A stretch of DNA of 64,000 nucleotides from Candidatus Undinarchaeota archaeon. Its GTDB lineage: Archaea > SpSt-1190 > JASMDC01. Shown one piece after another: positions 8,479-17,477 of this stretch (its first letter is position 1; the number at the start of each line of letters is the position of its first letter). The stretch lies in NCBI GenBank assembly GCA_964519305.1, contig CAZFHY010000010.1:72379-136378 (forward strand). Direction: 5' to 3'. The notes under the pieces are model-generated. The model made no database searches and was not told where the DNA came from. It saw nothing but the letters and a program-made list of their open reading frames with translations. A program made the position numbers and the translations under genes.

Positions 8479-10941
8479 CTAGGCGGTCGCCTCAGCGCCC
8501 TCAGGCGCTCCCTCGCTCGACGTCTCATCCTCTTTCTTCGTGATCTGGAAGTGGAAGAGAGACCTCGTCGACTGCCAGCGGATCCCGCTCTGCATCCCCT
8601 GGTACATGTTGAACGCCTCGGTCTGGTACTCGATGAACGGGTCCTTCTGAGCATAGGCCCTAAGGTGTACACCGCGCTTCATCTCATCCATACCCAGGAG
8701 GTGGTCCTTCCACGACATGTCAGCAGAGTGCAGAAGGACCTGTCGCTCCACCTGTCGGATGACATCCGTCCCTATCTCGGCCTCGCGTTCGTGGTAGCGT
8801 CGCATGGCCTCGTTCGTGAGGTTCTCGGTCAGCTCGTCAGCGTTCTTGACCGAGGCCACGTTGAGGTCGGCCACGTCGATGCCGAAGAGCGCCTGACAGT
8901 TATACGCGAACTGCTTCTGAAGGAACTCGTTCTCCCACTGGTGGGGCTTGGGGCCCTCGGCGGCGAACGATTCCACGACCTCCTCTGCCGTCCGCTCGAT
9001 GACGTTGTACACGTCCTGCTGCAGGTCAGGCCGCTCGAGGATGACGTTGCGGTCCTCGTAGAAGATCTCCCGCTGCGTGTTCATGACCTCGTCGTACTTC
9101 AGCAGGTTCTTGCGCATCTCGAAGTGCATGCCCTCGACCTTGACTTGGGCTTGTCGGACGACCTTGTCGATGAGCTTGCCCGACAGCGGCTCGTCCTTGT
9201 GGGCGCCTGAGAAGTACTTCTCCATGTTCTCCGGTCCGTAGAACCGTAGAAGTTCGTCCTCAGCGGACAGGTAGAACCGGCAGGAACCAGGATCTCCCTG
9301 GCGACCCTCGCGTCCCAGGAGCTGGTCGTCGATGCGACGCGAGTCGTGGCGCTCGGTGCCGATGACATGGAGACCTCCGATGTCGGCCACGCCTTCTCCG
9401 AGCTTGATGTCGGTACCGCGACCGGCCATGTTAGTGGCGACGGTCACTGCACCCTTCTGCCCGGCCCGGCCAATTATGTCGGCCTCCTGCTTATGGTGTT
9501 TGGCGTGGAGCACCTGGTGGTCGATGCCGCGGGCGATGAGCATATCGCTCAGGTGCTCGGACACATCGATGGAACGGGTGCCAACGAGCACGGGGCGGCC
9601 TGCCTCGTGCTGGGCCACGATGTCGTCAACGATCGCGTCGTACTTCTCCTCGGCTGTGCGGTACACCAGGTCGGGCTGGATGTCCCGCTGCATGGGCTCG
9701 TTCGTCGGTATCTGGGAGACGTCCATGCCATAGAGGGAGATGAACTCGCCCTCCTCGGTCTTTGCGGTCCCGGTCATGCCCGAGACGCGGTCGTACATCC
9801 GGAAGAAGTTGGGGAACGTGATGGAAGCGTAGGTCTGGGAAGGCTCGCGGACCTTCATTTCGGTCTTCCCGGTGGCTAGAAGGTCGTTGTTGGCCTCTTT
9901 CGCCTCCAGGGCCTCGTGCAGCCCGGCCTCGTACCGCCTGCCGTGCATGAGGCGACCGGTGAACTCGTCGACGATTAGCAGCTCACCGTCCGAGACTACG
10001 TAGTTCTTGTCCTTTGTGAAGAGCGAGTGGGCGGCGATGCACTGGCGTGCCGAGTGGTAGAGATGCATGGTCCGCTCGTCCGTGGGCGAGTCCACCCCGA
10101 GGGCCTTGGCCAGCTTGTCATCCCCGCGCTCCGTGAAGAATACGATATGGTCCTTCTCGTGCACCTCATAGTCGCGCCCGGGTTCGAAGTCGCGGACGAT
10201 ACGGTCCATGATGAGGTACTCGCGGGCAGAGGTGCCCGTGCGTCCAGAGATGATGAGAGGAGTTCTCCCCTCGTCGATGAGGATGGAGTCGACCTCGTCG
10301 ATGATAGCATAATGCATGCCCCGCATGACCCGGTCCTCGGGCCGGCGGACCATGTTGTCTTTGAGATGGTCGAATCCGAACTCGTTGTTCGTCCCGTAGG
10401 TGATGTCCGACTGGTATGCCGCCCTGCGGTCCTCGGGGGACTGGTCGTGCTGGATGGTACCGACGGACATCCCCATGAACTCGTAGACCGGAGCCATCTC
10501 CTCGGCGTCGCGACCGGCCAGATAATCGTTGGCGGTGATGACGTGGACGCCCTTTCCTTCCAATGCATGGAGGTACCCGGAGAGGGTCGCCACCAGTGTC
10601 TTGCCCTCACCGGTCTGCATCTCGGCGATGCGGCCCTCGTGGAGGATCACGCCGCCCTTGACCTGGACGTCGTAATGGCGCATCCCGGTCACGCGGCTGC
10701 TCGCCTCGCGCACAGCAGCATAGGCCTCGGGCATGAGGTCGTCCAGGCTCTCGCCCTCCGCGTATCTATCCCGGAACTCGTTGGTCTTGCCTGCGAGCTC
10801 CTCGTCCGAGAGTGCCGCCATCTCGTCAGCGTAACCGTTGACCTCATCGACGATGTCGTCCAGACGCCGCTGCTCGCGATGGCTGTAGGAGAAGAAGGAC
10901 TTCACGCCGTCGTAGAATCGATCGAGCAACCCGTCCTCCAT
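8479..10941 (-). CDS. secA: Preprotein translocase ATPase SecA (no C-terminal zinc finger)
   Basis: MQTGEGKT, YGTNNEFGFD, IIDEVDSILIDE, VDEFTGR, GMTGTAKTE, ATNMAGRGTDI, GRQGDPG, YAQKDP. Confidence 0.97.
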   Translation of the reverse strand: MEDGLLDRFYDGVKSFFSYSHREQRRLDDIVDEVNGYADEMAALSDEELAGKTNEFRDRYAEGESLDDLMPEAYAAVREASSRVTGMRHYDVQVKGGVILHEGRIAEMQTGEGKTLVATLSGYLHALEGKGVHVITANDYLAGRDAEEMAPVYEFMGMSVGTIQHDQSPEDRRAAYQSDITYGTNNEFGFDHLKDNMVRRPEDRVMRGMHYAIIDEVDSILIDEGRTPLIISGRTGTSAREYLIMDRIVRDFEPGRDYEVHEKDHIVFFTERGDDKLAKALGVDSPTDERTMHLYHSARQCIAAHSLFTKDKNYVVSDGELLIVDEFTGRLMHGRRYEAGLHEALEAKEANNDLLATGKTEMKVREPSQTYASITFPNFFRMYDRVSGMTGTAKTEEGEFISLYGMDVSQIPTNEPMQRDIQPDLVYRTAEEKYDAIVDDIVAQHEAGRPVLVGTRSIDVSEHLSDMLIARGIDHQVLHAKHHKQEADIIGRAGQKGAVTVATNMAGRGTDIKLGEGVADIGGLHVIGTERHDSRRIDDQLLGREGRQGDPGSCRFYLSAEDELLRFYGPENMEKYFSGAHKDEPLSGKLIDKVVRQAQVKVEGMHFEMRKNLLKYDEVMNTQREIFYEDRNVILERPDLQQDVYNVIERTAEEVVESFAAEGPKPHQWENEFLQKQFAYNCQALFGIDVADLNVASVKNADELTENLTNEAMRRYHEREAEIGTDVIRQVERQVLLHSADMSWKDHLLGMDEMKRGVHLRAYAQKDPFIEYQTEAFNMYQGMQSGIRWQSTRSLFHFQITKKEDETSSEGAPEGAEATA

Positions 10942-10965
10942 CAAGTTGGCCTCGGCCCCGTACGG

Positions 10966-10982
10966 CCTTAATAAAGGTTTCT
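10966..10982 (-). promoter_or_regulatory. BRE/TATA promoter of secA
   Basis: Minus-strand AAACCTTTATTAA ending 27 nt upstream of the ATG at 10941. Confidence 0.6.
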
Positions 10983-11016
10983 CTGCGGGGGACTGGAAAA
11001 CGGCATACGTAGGTCC

Positions 11017-11640
11017 TCACCCCCCCAGAATCGGCTGGACGTCCGACACCTTATCGAACGCGTACCCACCATCCTCGGGGCCCCAGACCTGTTCGTCTCG
11101 CTCGTTGTAACCCCGGTCCCAGGCGTACATCCCGCTCTCGTCGATGACAAGCTCGGTCGTGGCGTACACGGCCCCGCCATAGCTGTTCTCGCACTCCTTG
11201 CCCCGGGTACCACCCACGAAGGCGTCGTTCTCCCGGTGGAGGTAGACGACGTTCCCGCGGAAGCCCTCCAGGTCATCGGTTGTGAGGTCGCGGGCCAGCC
11301 TACCGTCCTCCCATGTGCCGACGAGCTCCTCGCCGTCCCGGATGCGGTAGATGTGGCTCTCGAGGGTACCGTCATCACCGGAAGTCAGCCGGTACGCCCG
11401 CTGACGGTAGGGGGAGCCCTCCATTCCGGCCATGGCCTGCTCGACGTAGACCCAGTGGTCACTGTCGCTACCACCCTCTACCTCGATGGGGAGCATCTTG
11501 AGGCGGATGTCGTAGTAGCTGGGGTCCTTTTCGGACTGTCGCTGGCTGGAGAACTCGCCCGTCATCCACGCATGGAGCGTGTCGAGGTCGTTCCTCCCTT
11601 CGTTCACTTCAGGCACCATGGTCCCGATATTCCGTGCCAC
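11017..11640 (-). CDS. CpcT/CpeT family (bilin chromophore lyase-like) protein
   Basis: WMTGEFSS..Q, WVYVEQA, PYRQRAYRL, FVGGT.GKEC, YATTE, WDRGY, QVWG. Confidence 0.88.
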   Translation of the reverse strand: MARNIGTMVPEVNEGRNDLDTLHAWMTGEFSSQRQSEKDPSYYDIRLKMLPIEVEGGSDSDHWVYVEQAMAGMEGSPYRQRAYRLTSGDDGTLESHIYRIRDGEELVGTWEDGRLARDLTTDDLEGFRGNVVYLHRENDAFVGGTRGKECENSYGGAVYATTELVIDESGMYAWDRGYNERDEQVWGPEDGGYAFDKVSDVQPILGG

Positions 11641-11644
11641 TCGA

Positions 11645-12025
11645 TCAGAACCTTATCCTGAAGAGCGGGACCGCATGCGGGGCCCGGGGGTCGCTGTCCC
11701 ACCTGTAGACTTCCAGGTCCACGCCGGGCGACTCGCCCCTAGTGATATCGAGGTCCACTCCGATGCCCTCTTGTGGCATGTTGTCCATGTCGATCGTCTC
11801 GAGGTCGCTGGCATACACCGGGGCCTCGGCCTTCTCGACATAGGTGTTCGTCTCTTGCGTCATTACGCTCCCGGCCATGGCACCGACGCCCACCAGGAGA
11901 CCGGCCGCAAGAGCACCTCCGGCCAGACCGTAGGTGGAAAGGTCGTCTGCCGCAGTATATCCGTCGGCCATCACCGCCGAGGCGGTTCCGGTCGTCTCAA
12001 GTTCTTCCATGTACATCATGATCAC
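11645..12025 (-). CDS. Small single-pass membrane protein with conserved acidic leader
   Basis: ELETTG..DGYTAADDL leader, Gly-rich TM helix and short acidic domain. GGAGTGA RBS at the start. Confidence 0.8.
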   Translation of the reverse strand: MIMMYMEELETTGTASAVMADGYTAADDLSTYGLAGGALAAGLLVGVGAMAGSVMTQETNTYVEKAEAPVYASDLETIDMDNMPQEGIGVDLDITRGESPGVDLEVYRWDSDPRAPHAVPLFRIRF

Positions 12026-12062
12026 TCCTTTCAGTTCTTACAGTATGATATCGTTCGCGGCC

Positions 12063-12602
12063 TCATCGGATACGGAAGTCGAATCCGGGGATACGGATCC
12101 GGATGTCAACATCGCTCTGCTCGTAGGAGGGGTGGCTGTCAGGGGCCAAAGGGTCCGAACCGAACCCGAGCTCGTCCATGTCGGTGTAGCCGTCGTGATC
12201 GGTGTCGAACCAGTTCGGGTCCGTACCGAGCTCCATGACCTCAACACGGTCACTGATGCCGTCAGCGTCGGAGTCCCATTCCAACGTGCTCGTCCTGTAC
12301 ACACTGAGCTCCTTCGAGTCAGCGAGGCCGTCGTTGTCCGCGTCGGGTACGCCCCGGGCGTAGTCCATGCTGTCGATGAGCCCATCGCCGTCAGTGTCGG
12401 CGCTGAAGGGGTTGTTCCCGGTGACGATATCCTTGGCGGTCGAGTAGCCATCCTTGTCGAAGTCTACCGCGAGCACACCCGTGAGGGCGCCCACGGCTCC
12501 CAGGAGGGCGAGCCCCCGACCGTCCATATCGTCCGTGCTGCTGTATGCGTCGGCGGCCGATGCGCCGTAGCTTCCGTTCGTCTCAAGCTCGTATGCGATC
12601 AT
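12063..12602 (-). CDS. Membrane-anchored protein with DxDxDG calcium-binding (TSP3-like) repeats and conserved acidic leader
   Basis: Start MIAYELE at ATG 12602. Repeats DFDKDG, DTDGDGL, DADNDGL, DSDADGI, DTDHDGY. Confidence 0.85.
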   Translation of the reverse strand: MIAYELETNGSYGASAADAYSSTDDMDGRGLALLGAVGALTGVLAVDFDKDGYSTAKDIVTGNNPFSADTDGDGLIDSMDYARGVPDADNDGLADSKELSVYRTSTLEWDSDADGISDRVEVMELGTDPNWFDTDHDGYTDMDELGFGSDPLAPDSHPSYEQSDVDIRIRIPGFDFRIR

Positions 12603-12752
12603 GTCCGGCCCTGCCCCTTGTCCCCTTTTTATACCTTTCTTTGGTATACCTAATATATTGGGACTGCCTAATATATAGGGCTCTGAGCACAGCTTACCGA
12701 CATACACAGTAATGTTAGGGGATACGAATACATGCAGAGCCGATGAACGGCA

Positions 12753-13724
12753 TCATGCGTCTTCGGAGAGGGCCCAGCACCGGTCGAAGTACTCGATGAG
12801 CACCGGGATCAGAACGTTGCCTGTGGAGCTATGCCACCAGGGAGCGTCGTCGCCAAGCTCCACATCGATGAACGGCAGGCCCTCGGCCTTGAAGGCCAGA
12901 TCCCGAACACGCCCTTCGGCCATCGAATCGCCTGAGATCACCAGCTCACCATCCCCCCATGAGACAGATGCCCGCTTGACGGGGAAGTCGATCTCAATGA
13001 AGGGGAGCACCGGACGCTTCTCCGCGATGTAATAGGTCGCCGAGGCGGGCTCGTGGATTTCGTTGTCGTATTTCACGTCGAATACCTCGGTCACCCTGCC
13101 CTTCGGCCCGCGATACAGGAACGACATGGACATGTGCGAGTCGCCATCCCGATCCCTGAATAAGTGATGGAACTCGTGGACCGTGAAGGAACCCTTGGTA
13201 TAGCTGGTCGCCCGTAGGGGGACCGCTGGGTGATTCACCAGGTTCTGGACTAGGGGTACACCCAGAGCAGGATGGCGCTCAAGGCCTCGTGCCACTTTCT
13301 CCGGATCACGGAGCCGCCAGCGCGCATAGGATGGCTGGGCGGCGTGCCGCAGCTTGAATGTGACGTCGTAACCATATATCCCATCGGTCTCGTCGTCCAC
13401 GGCGACCAGATAGTGATGATAGGGCGATGGGAACACGGTGCGCTCCTCGACCAGATATGCGTTCTCGATGCCCGCGGCCTTGGCGAGCGAGAGCCAGACC
13501 AGGGATTGCTCAAGGCAGTTCCCCTCGCCTTGGGCAACGCACTCTTCCACTGAGCGGAGCCGGTACGGATCATCTGTCTTCAGCAGCTCCTCGTAGCCGT
13601 ATTGGACGTTCTCCAAGACCCAGTCGTAGATGATATCTGCCTTCTCCCCATCGTCCATGTCCTGTGTAACAAGGGATTCGATGATTGGTTTGACTGACTC
13701 GGGATCCAGGTACTGTCCGTCCAA
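12753..13724 (-). CDS. Transglutaminase-like (papain-fold) domain protein
   Basis: IYDWV..NVQY, GEGNCLEQSLVWLSLAKAAGI, then HY and YDVT, consistent with a Cys-His-Asp triad. Confidence 0.82.
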   Translation of the reverse strand: MDGQYLDPESVKPIIESLVTQDMDDGEKADIIYDWVLENVQYGYEELLKTDDPYRLRSVEECVAQGEGNCLEQSLVWLSLAKAAGIENAYLVEERTVFPSPYHHYLVAVDDETDGIYGYDVTFKLRHAAQPSYARWRLRDPEKVARGLERHPALGVPLVQNLVNHPAVPLRATSYTKGSFTVHEFHHLFRDRDGDSHMSMSFLYRGPKGRVTEVFDVKYDNEIHEPASATYYIAEKRPVLPFIEIDFPVKRASVSWGDGELVISGDSMAEGRVRDLAFKAEGLPFIDVELGDDAPWWHSSTGNVLIPVLIEYFDRCWALSEDA

Positions 13725-13881
13725 GGCGGTCTTAAAAATTTAGGCGTGCTTAATAATATTCCCTTTGGACACGTCGACTGTGTTCTGGTGCTCAAGGAAA
13801 AGTTTAAGTATGCCTAACTTAGGTGGCCCTAACTCAAACCGCAAGGAACGCGGACCGGATGATTATCGAAGGTGATCTGAA

Positions 13882-14337
13882 ATGTTCGAAATGGAACTCG
13901 AGTCGGAAGGGTACGGTGCTACCAACACCACGCAGGCCTATGGACAGGTGGATGACCTGAACCTCAGGGGTGCCGCCGTGGGTGCAGCTATCGGGGGTGC
14001 CGTCGGATTTGGCATGGCAGGCCTCGCCGGTTACGGCCTGGCAAACCACATCAGTGATCACTATCTTCAGGACGTCGGCCCTCTGCCGCAAGTGCTCCTT
14101 GAGGTGGACGCTACCATCGCCGGCCTCTACGTGCTCGGCGTGCCATTCGCTATCGGTGGCGCGCTGACCGCTGGTGCAGCCGGTGCTACCTCCACCCTAT
14201 TCAGGGGCGAGGAGGAGGCACCTAACGATGGTGCGGCCTACGACTGGAACGGTGAGCAGGACCTCGACCGTGTCCCCCTCCGGCGCCAGGTACGGTACAC
14301 GTATCCTCGCAGAGACGCGAACGAACTGGACTGGTAA
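13882..14337 (+). CDS. Membrane protein with conserved acidic leader and two Gly-zipper helices
   Basis: ELESEG..QAYGQVDDL leader, GxxxG-rich helices and an AGGTGA RBS. Confidence 0.8.
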   Translation: MFEMELESEGYGATNTTQAYGQVDDLNLRGAAVGAAIGGAVGFGMAGLAGYGLANHISDHYLQDVGPLPQVLLEVDATIAGLYVLGVPFAIGGALTAGAAGATSTLFRGEEEAPNDGAAYDWNGEQDLDRVPLRRQVRYTYPRRDANELDW

Positions 14338-14347
14338 CGGGATACCT

Positions 14348-15901
14348 GTGTACGAGCCCGAAGGGGACGGACAGTTGGAGGAGAGGCCTGAGGACGGAGA
14401 GAATCCGGTCGGGCAAGTCCTTACCTACCAGAACCCTATCGACTATACGGTCACACATGACCTATTATCGCAGGATCCCGCATACTGTATGATGACGTTC
14501 GAGATGTATCGGCCCCTGTCGGACGCGCTGGGCTTCCCGATCGCCAGCGATATGACACTCAGTGCCACGTACCATCCTGATCCATATGATCCGCCCCCGG
14601 GACAATCCCTTACTTTCGACCGCGTCACCCTCGCTAAGAAGCCTGGGGCCGCATGGCTCACCCCTGTGGACCTGGACGGTGACGGGTACGACGAACTGGT
14701 GCTCTCCACCCTCTTCGAAGGGCTCGCAGTGGCCATCCCCCCTATCGGGAACGGAGGGGCGTACATACTCTCAAGAGATGGCGGAGCATCGACGGACGAC
14801 TCCATCGGCCAGTGGTCGGTCGATCCGCTCTTCACGCCCAAGGACGGGATCGGCTTCCCGAACAGTCCGGTCCTCATGGATGTGGACAACGACGGTGTGG
14901 AGGACATAGTGGTCCCGTGCGGTTTCCTCCTAAAACCAACCGGTCGGATCGTGTGGATGAAGGGCGAACCGGTCGACGGTCAGCTCACCTACGGCCCACC
15001 ACAGGACATCCCCATCCCGGACAGCTCCCGCTGGTACCATGCCATCGTACCGGCGGACCTCACCGGCAATGGCCGTATGGACTTCGTCACCACCAACCAC
15101 GACGGAACGCTCCTATCCCCGGGCACCAGCAAGGTGGAATGGTTCGAGAACGTGGGCGGTCCTGGTGAGGCCAGGTTCGTCCACCACCATATCGCGGATA
15201 GGGGCGGATCCCACCTTGCCCTCTACGATATGACCGGTAATGGTAAACAGGACATCATCCTCCCCCAATACTTCGATGGCCCGTCGCTCATATGGCTCGA
15301 ACAGCCCGATACTCCCGACAGTGACTGGAAGGAGCACGTCATCAACGACACCACCGGTAGAGGATTCGGGATCGAGGTCGTCGATATCGATGGTGACGGT
15401 AGACCGGAACTTGTCTACGGCAACCACAACCACCAAGGTGCAGCCGATCCCGCTCACCGGACCATGGGTGTGTACTGGTTCGATATCCCCGCCCCCTCCG
15501 AGGTCCGCGACCTCAATAACTGGGACGACCATATGCATGTAGTCCATGAGGGTTTCCATGTCCGTGCCCGGGATCCCAATGCCAACGCCGCTCCAGGGGT
15601 CGTGCACGTGGGGGACGTCACCGGGAACGGTAGGATGGACATCACCGTGTCAGGTGACGGGGACGACGGGCTTTACATATTCACACAGCAGGACGACGGC
15701 ACTTTCGAGAAGGTTGTTGTCGATCGTCAGCCCATGTCCGGCGACCATCACCTGATGGACGTCAACGGGGATGGACGGATGGACGTGGTATGGACCGTGT
15801 TCGGGGAGGTCGGCCTCCGCGGCCCGCGTTCAATGGTGTACGCCTACATCCAGAAAGAGAACGGACAAGCAGACAATGAAAAGAGTAGTGACAAGGAGTG
15901 A
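14348..15901 (+). CDS. FG-GAP/VCBS repeat beta-propeller protein
   Basis: Seven D-x-[DT]-[GN]-[DN]-G-x-x-[DE] blade motifs (DLDGDGYDE, DVDNDGVED, DLTGNGRMD, DMTGNGKQD, DIDGDGRPE, DVTGNGRMD, DVNGDGRMD). Start placed at the in-frame GTG 14348. Confidence 0.88.
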   Translation: MYEPEGDGQLEERPEDGENPVGQVLTYQNPIDYTVTHDLLSQDPAYCMMTFEMYRPLSDALGFPIASDMTLSATYHPDPYDPPPGQSLTFDRVTLAKKPGAAWLTPVDLDGDGYDELVLSTLFEGLAVAIPPIGNGGAYILSRDGGASTDDSIGQWSVDPLFTPKDGIGFPNSPVLMDVDNDGVEDIVVPCGFLLKPTGRIVWMKGEPVDGQLTYGPPQDIPIPDSSRWYHAIVPADLTGNGRMDFVTTNHDGTLLSPGTSKVEWFENVGGPGEARFVHHHIADRGGSHLALYDMTGNGKQDIILPQYFDGPSLIWLEQPDTPDSDWKEHVINDTTGRGFGIEVVDIDGDGRPELVYGNHNHQGAADPAHRTMGVYWFDIPAPSEVRDLNNWDDHMHVVHEGFHVRARDPNANAAPGVVHVGDVTGNGRMDITVSGDGDDGLYIFTQQDDGTFEKVVVDRQPMSGDHHLMDVNGDGRMDVVWTVFGEVGLRGPRSMVYAYIQKENGQADNEKSSDKE

Positions 15902-15904
15902 TAC

Positions 15905-16666
15905 ATGATGGAGACCGAAGACATGCTCACTAATGATACGAAAAAGACCGGGATTGACACACAAACGGTGTTGGGGGACCCTCGGGCGGCCAGGTTCGTG
16001 GAGGACCTTGTGCTGTACTCGAAGCACACGTTAGATCCATCATTGCTCGAGTTGGATGGAGGTTCGCGATCAGCAGAGGGCCTCCCGCCGGTCAACGAGA
16101 GCAACATCGTAGAGCTCATCGAGTTCTACCGCATGGACCCAGAGCGGGTTAACGGTTTCTTCGAATCCCTGTACGAGGCCCATGAGGGCGATCCGGATGC
16201 CCGGGGTTACCTCCACGCTGCGTACGGCATCGTGGGCGGGAAGGCCGGGCAGGTCGACCGGATAGAGATGCGGTACAAGGAAGGGGTTGAACAGCTGCTC
16301 CGTCAGTATGACAGCGAGCTCACCGAGATCATCGACTGGATGGACAACATGGACAGCAGGAGCCCCTATCTCGGCCTGCTGACCGGTGTTAGCGCGAGCA
16401 CTGTGTTCGGGTACATCACCGATCATGGAGCGGGAGTGACCGCTGCCGTTGCCGCAGGTCTGGCCCTTGGAGGAACGCTCCTGGGATACATGATCCCCCA
16501 CGCTTGGGGCAACCACCGCATAGCTGTCGGCTGGAAGCGCATCACGTCAGAGACCGAGCGAATCGACGGACAGTTCTGCGAGCGAAGAGAAGAGCTCTAC
16601 GAGCGTGCCGTAGAGAACATCGGTCAACTCCGGGGCGAGTACGACCTCGAAGAGATTATCTGCTGA
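15905..16666 (+). CDS. Hypothetical helical protein with a hydrophobic hairpin
   Basis: 253-aa ORF with GGAGTGA RBS and two adjacent Gly/Ala-rich TM segments. Confidence 0.75.
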   Translation: MMETEDMLTNDTKKTGIDTQTVLGDPRAARFVEDLVLYSKHTLDPSLLELDGGSRSAEGLPPVNESNIVELIEFYRMDPERVNGFFESLYEAHEGDPDARGYLHAAYGIVGGKAGQVDRIEMRYKEGVEQLLRQYDSELTEIIDWMDNMDSRSPYLGLLTGVSASTVFGYITDHGAGVTAAVAAGLALGGTLLGYMIPHAWGNHRIAVGWKRITSETERIDGQFCERREELYERAVENIGQLRGEYDLEEIIC

Positions 16667-16672
16667 GCCGGC

Positions 16673-17476
16673 CTAGATGCCATCCCCTCTCTCGGCCTCC
16701 TTCAGCTTCTTGAAGTAGGTCCAGCTCGTCTCGTTGGGCGTTGTGAAGGTGTCAGGTGCGTGCTCGAACTTCGGCGCCTGTGCGCGCACTTCGTCCTTTA
16801 TGCGCTGTGGGAGGTCCTCGAAGCCACATTCCAGCTTGTGGCCCCGACAGTGGTACACCAGCTGTCCTGGCCGATCGCCCATGCCCATCCAGGGCAGCCA
16901 CTGTCCCGTCCGCGTCCAGCTGAACGTCATGGGTACGCTGTCCAAGTCATCGTTCTCCAGCTCGTCCTTTCGCACGATGAAGTTGAACAGCTCGGCCGAC
17001 TCGTACATGTCGCTCTGGGCGTTGTCAGGGTACTCGTCGCGGGTGAGGGGCGAGGGATAGCGGAGGAACATCTCCGCATGCCAGGCGACGTCATCCCCCA
17101 GGTCTGTGGTGGGCACCTTGAAGTAGGTCTCTCCAAACTCCATGTTCACGGGATCGTTCCACACATGGACCACGTCCTCCCGCCGGCCGGTGTAGGGATT
17201 GCTCCACGTATCAAGGAGCTCATCGGTGTGCGGATCGTAGTAGAAGGACACCTCGCGGGTGAGCAGCTGGTAGACGCCGTTCACCTTCTCGACGCGGGCG
17301 ATGTTGTACCCCTCGAAGTGGAAGAGACGATCGGCTGTCATGTCAGGACGCTTGGCATAGACCTCACCCGACCAGTAGGTGACGACCTCGCTGCCGTCGA
17401 GAGATGCCCGTGTGCGCAGGAAGTCGTGGAGGTTCCCTGCTGAACCCTCAAGGTCATAGTGGTCCATCGCGTCCAT
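16673..17476 (-). CDS. DUF1838-like protein
   Basis: YWSGEVY, LFHFEGYN, REVSFYYDP, W.NPYTG, VHVWNDPVN, WTR...WLPWMGMG, recalled as the DUF1838 pattern. Confidence 0.8.
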   Translation of the reverse strand: MDAMDHYDLEGSAGNLHDFLRTRASLDGSEVVTYWSGEVYAKRPDMTADRLFHFEGYNIARVEKVNGVYQLLTREVSFYYDPHTDELLDTWSNPYTGRREDVVHVWNDPVNMEFGETYFKVPTTDLGDDVAWHAEMFLRYPSPLTRDEYPDNAQSDMYESAELFNFIVRKDELENDDLDSVPMTFSWTRTGQWLPWMGMGDRPGQLVYHCRGHKLECGFEDLPQRIKDEVRAQAPKFEHAPDTFTTPNETSWTYFKKLKEAERGDGI

Positions 17477-17477
17477 C

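Noticed and set aside
11017-11640. CpcT as evidence of phototrophy
   Set aside because: No phycobiliprotein or photosystem genes nearby; the family also occurs in non-phototrophs.
11645-14337. Acidic-leader proteins as RiPP precursors
   Set aside because: No maturases or peptidase-ABC exporter in the window, and the leader also occurs on 350-420-aa enzymes.
14174-14347. Overlap of 13882-14337 with the long FG-GAP ORF as a possible programmed frameshift
   Set aside because: No slippery site is evident, and an in-frame GTG at 14348 right after the upstream stop explains the arrangement.
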